From Mobula hypostoma (lineage: Eukaryota): 64,000 bases of DNA. Under the pieces are notes generated by a model that was not told the DNA's origin, ran no database searches, and saw nothing but the letters and a program-made list of their open reading frames with translations. The translations under genes and the position numbers were made by a program. Below, one piece after another: positions 60,781-64,000 of the stretch (position 1 is its first letter; every line of letters begins with the position of its first letter). The stretch lies in NCBI RefSeq assembly GCF_963921235.1, contig NC_086097.1, positions 220,846,001 to 220,910,000 on the forward strand. Reading direction: 5' to 3'.

Positions 60781-63700
60781 TTTGAAGGCTTCCCACTAAT
60801 GAGGCATCCCTTTGACAGAAAATTACCTATCCCAATCCACACCTGTCAGATCCCTTCCAATGGCATCCAAATGGGCCTTTCTCCAATTTAGAGTCTCAAC
60901 CCAAGGACCAATCCCATCTTTTCCATAACTATCTTGAAACTAATGGAACAATGATCAATAGATCCAAAGAGTTTTGCTACACACACTTCAGTCACCTGCC
61001 CTGTCTTGTTCCCTAATAGAAGATCCAGTATCATACTCTCGCATTGGGACCTCTACATTGATTAAGGAAACTTTCCTGAACACATTTGATGAAGTATCAC
61101 ATCCAGTCCTTTTACAGTACGGGAGTCCCGGTCAATATATGTAAAGTTAACATCACCTACAATATGTCATAACCTTATACTGTACGAGTATTTCTTGTAA
61201 CTGCTTGCTATCCCTCTGCCAAATTGCTCCTCTAAGTCCCACTGACCATTTGGAGGTATATAATATAAACTCCGTTAACATGGTCATCTTCTCTTATTTC
61301 TCAGTTACATCCATTTTGCCTTGGTAGATGAGCCCTCCAGTATGCTTTCTCTGAGCACTGCAATATTTTCTCTGATGAATAATGCCCCCCTCCCCATTTA
61401 AAACCTCTTCCTCTATCATGTTTAAAGCAACGGAATCATGGAACACTGAGCTGCCAGTGCTGTTCTTCTCACAACCAAGGCTCACAAAAGGCTACAATGC
61501 CGTAATTCCATAAGTTTATTCATGTACTGTTAATCTGCCTTATCTACAACACTTCTTGCATTGAATTATATAGACAGATACTTTCTTGAATTCAAAGGAA
61601 ATTACAGTGTCACAGTAGCATTATAAGTGCACAAATATACAAATATTAGAAGGGTATTGAAGGCGGAGCTTAGGAGGGTTAATGGCGCCTAACGGCAACT
61701 CCTTCGCTTGCACCTTCGGAAACAGCTCTATTTCCATCTTTAATATCTCTATTTTACCCTTTCAGGGTTCTTTTGAAGACCCTGAATTGGAGTTACACGC
61801 TGACTACTGTTCTTTGCAGGAATGGGATCCGCTCTCGGGGTTTCACAACCAACCGTTGTTGTTCGGCCTAAGAGTCCAGCTTGGATTCGGAAGCCTGGGA
61901 TCTCGGGACTCTGGAGACGGGCGGATCGAGGGTCGGTGTCACGACAGGAGACCTGTGTGTCATCGGGGGACTCGGAATATCTGCAGTTGTGTGCCCAGTT
62001 TTTTGTGTACAGGGCTTGAAAAAAGCAACCTAGCTGACTTTGAACATTGTAAACAGTGAGTTGGTTGTTATGTCTCCCCACTTGCTGGGAAAATGGAGAC
62101 ACCTCTTCCTCCCTTATTAGGGAGAGAGAGAACCTGTGGGATGTTGAAACGCGAAGTCTTTGGGGTAACTGCCAGTCTGTGTCTTTGCTGTCGCTTTGCT
62201 CACGCTTGAGTGCTCGGTGGCGGTGCTGATGCTTTTTTTTTGCCGGTGGGGGGAGGGGGAATTGTTGCTCATTGCCACTTGCACACGGGAGGGGGGAGCT
62301 GGGGGTGACTTTGGGGTTCTAACATTTAACTGTCGTTCATTCTTTGGGCACTCCTCTGTTTTCATGAATGGTTGTGAAGAAAAAACATTTCAGGACGTAT
62401 ATTGTATACATTTCTCTGACATTAAATTGTACCTTTGAACCTTTGAGTAGTAAGAAAGAATAAAACAATAAGTTACCTCGGTTTAACAGGAGCTTTTGGT
62501 TGACTCATTATAGAGCCTAATGGCCAAGAGTAAGAGTGACCTCATATAATGCTCTTTGGAGCAGCACAATTGTCTTACTGATATTAAGCTGCAGATGATA
62601 CAGATTGCACCATTTGACAAAGTCCTCCACCAGGGCCCTGTATTCATCCTCCCATTATATACCCAACTATTGCTGAGTCATCAGAGAATTCCCGTAGATG
62701 ACGTGACTCAGTGTTGTATCTAAAGTCCAAGGTATACAGTGTAAACAGGAAGGGAGCAAATACAGTATCCTGTGGGGCCCTAGTGCTGCGGTCTGGCAGT
62801 AAGGTAATCCATTATCCAGGATACAATAGAAGTGGCAAGCTGCATTGAATGGAGCTTTTCCCCCAGCAATGACGGCTGTATGGTATTGAAGGCACTCGAG
62901 AAATCAAAAAACATGGTCCTCACATATGATATACATCTGAGGTCATTAGTCCCTCCCTTTCAGTTTTGTTTAGGCTTAACATCTACTTTCCTCATAACCA
63001 CTCCACCTGCTGACCTTCCACTCTGGTTCCCATCTCCCTCCAACTCCAGTTTAAACCCCTGGTGCAGAACTAGAAAACCTTCGTACAAAGATATTGGTCC
63101 CCCTTCAGTTCGGGTGGAAAATGTCCCATTTGTACAGGTCCTGTTTTTTTTCTGAATGAGAGCCCAATGATCCAAAAATCTGAAGTTCTCACTCCTGTAC
63201 CATCTCCTTAGCCACATGTTAAAAGGCATTATCTTCCTTTTTCAGGACACACTAGCATGTGGCAAAGGTATCAACCTTGAGATCATTTTCCTAGAAGTCC
63301 TGTCCTTTAACTAACTCCCTGAAATCACTTTGCAGGACCTCATCACCCTTTCTGCCTATGTCATTGGTACCAATGTGGACCAGGACTTTGGGCTGCTCAC
63401 CTTCTCCCTTAAGAATAGATTTGATCGAAGCTGACTCTGACCTTGGTACTTGAGAGGCAATATACCATCTGGGAATCTTGTCCTTATCCAGACTCTCCTA
63501 TCGGTCACTCTAACCAGCGAGTCCCTTATCTACTGTTTGCCTATTCTTTCTCTTTTGCTACTGATCCACAGAGCCAGACTCAGTGCCAGAGACCTAACTG
63601 CTGTGGTTTTCCTCTGCAAGGTTGTCCCCCCACAAATGTATCCAAAATGATATACTTGTTATTGAGGGGAAAAGCCATAAGGGTACTCTGCTCTGACTGC

Positions 63701-63990
63701 TTATTCCCTTTCACACTCCTGACAGTTACCCAGTTACTGTGTCCTGCAATTTAGGAATAACTGTCTCCCTGTAACTCTTGTCAATCAACCCCTCTATCTC
63801 CTGAATAATCTGTAGATCATCCAATTCCAGCTCCAGTTCCATAATGTGGTCTGTTAGGGGGTGCAGCCAGATACACTTCTCGCAGGGGTAGTCATCAGGG
63901 ACACTGCAGGTCTCCTGGACCGCCCACATCATGCAAAAGGAGCACACCACTGCCCTGGTCTCCATTCCCACTGCTCTGGCTTGTGTCAAT
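60781..63990 (-). mobile_element. Older CR1 5' half (ORF1 zinc-finger/esterase plus endonuclease), interrupted at ~61570-62930 by a Rex1 remnant and a CpG-rich element
   Basis: CSFCMMW..DDYPCEKC ORF1 N-terminus (63726-63989); WLRRW...NFRFLDHW esterase remnant. Confidence 0.75.
61659..62446 (+). mobile_element. CpG-rich non-autonomous retroposon with a Rex1/L2-like tail
   Basis: GC/CpG-rich 5' half; ends attaaattgtacctttgaacctttga; no coding similarity recognised. Confidence 0.55.
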
Positions 63991-64000
63991 CAGAAGGATA

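Overview
Eukaryotic, AT-rich, transposon-saturated intronic or intergenic DNA. The repeat families suggest a cartilaginous fish such as a ray or shark; this is an inference. No host gene could be identified with confidence. Almost all long ORFs belong to mobile elements: many nested CR1-clade LINE fragments, two L1-clade LINEs, Rex1/Babar LINE remnants, Penelope-like elements carrying minimal hammerhead ribozymes, a ZMYM1-like hAT transposon with an 8-bp TSD, a Sleeping Beauty-like Tc1 element with two right ends and a solo LTR inside it, non-autonomous Tc1/Tigger/hAT MITEs, and tRNA- and RTE-related SINEs. The most striking observation is that both L1 insertions are flanked by very long direct duplications with exact target-site-duplication geometry: 632 bp (5517-6148 / 8134-8765) and about 470-480 bp (24390-24869 / 28221-28689). 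This suggests an L1 lineage that may routinely duplicate about 0.5 kb of target DNA. All alignments and mismatch counts were done by eye, and boundaries of decayed repeats are approximate.
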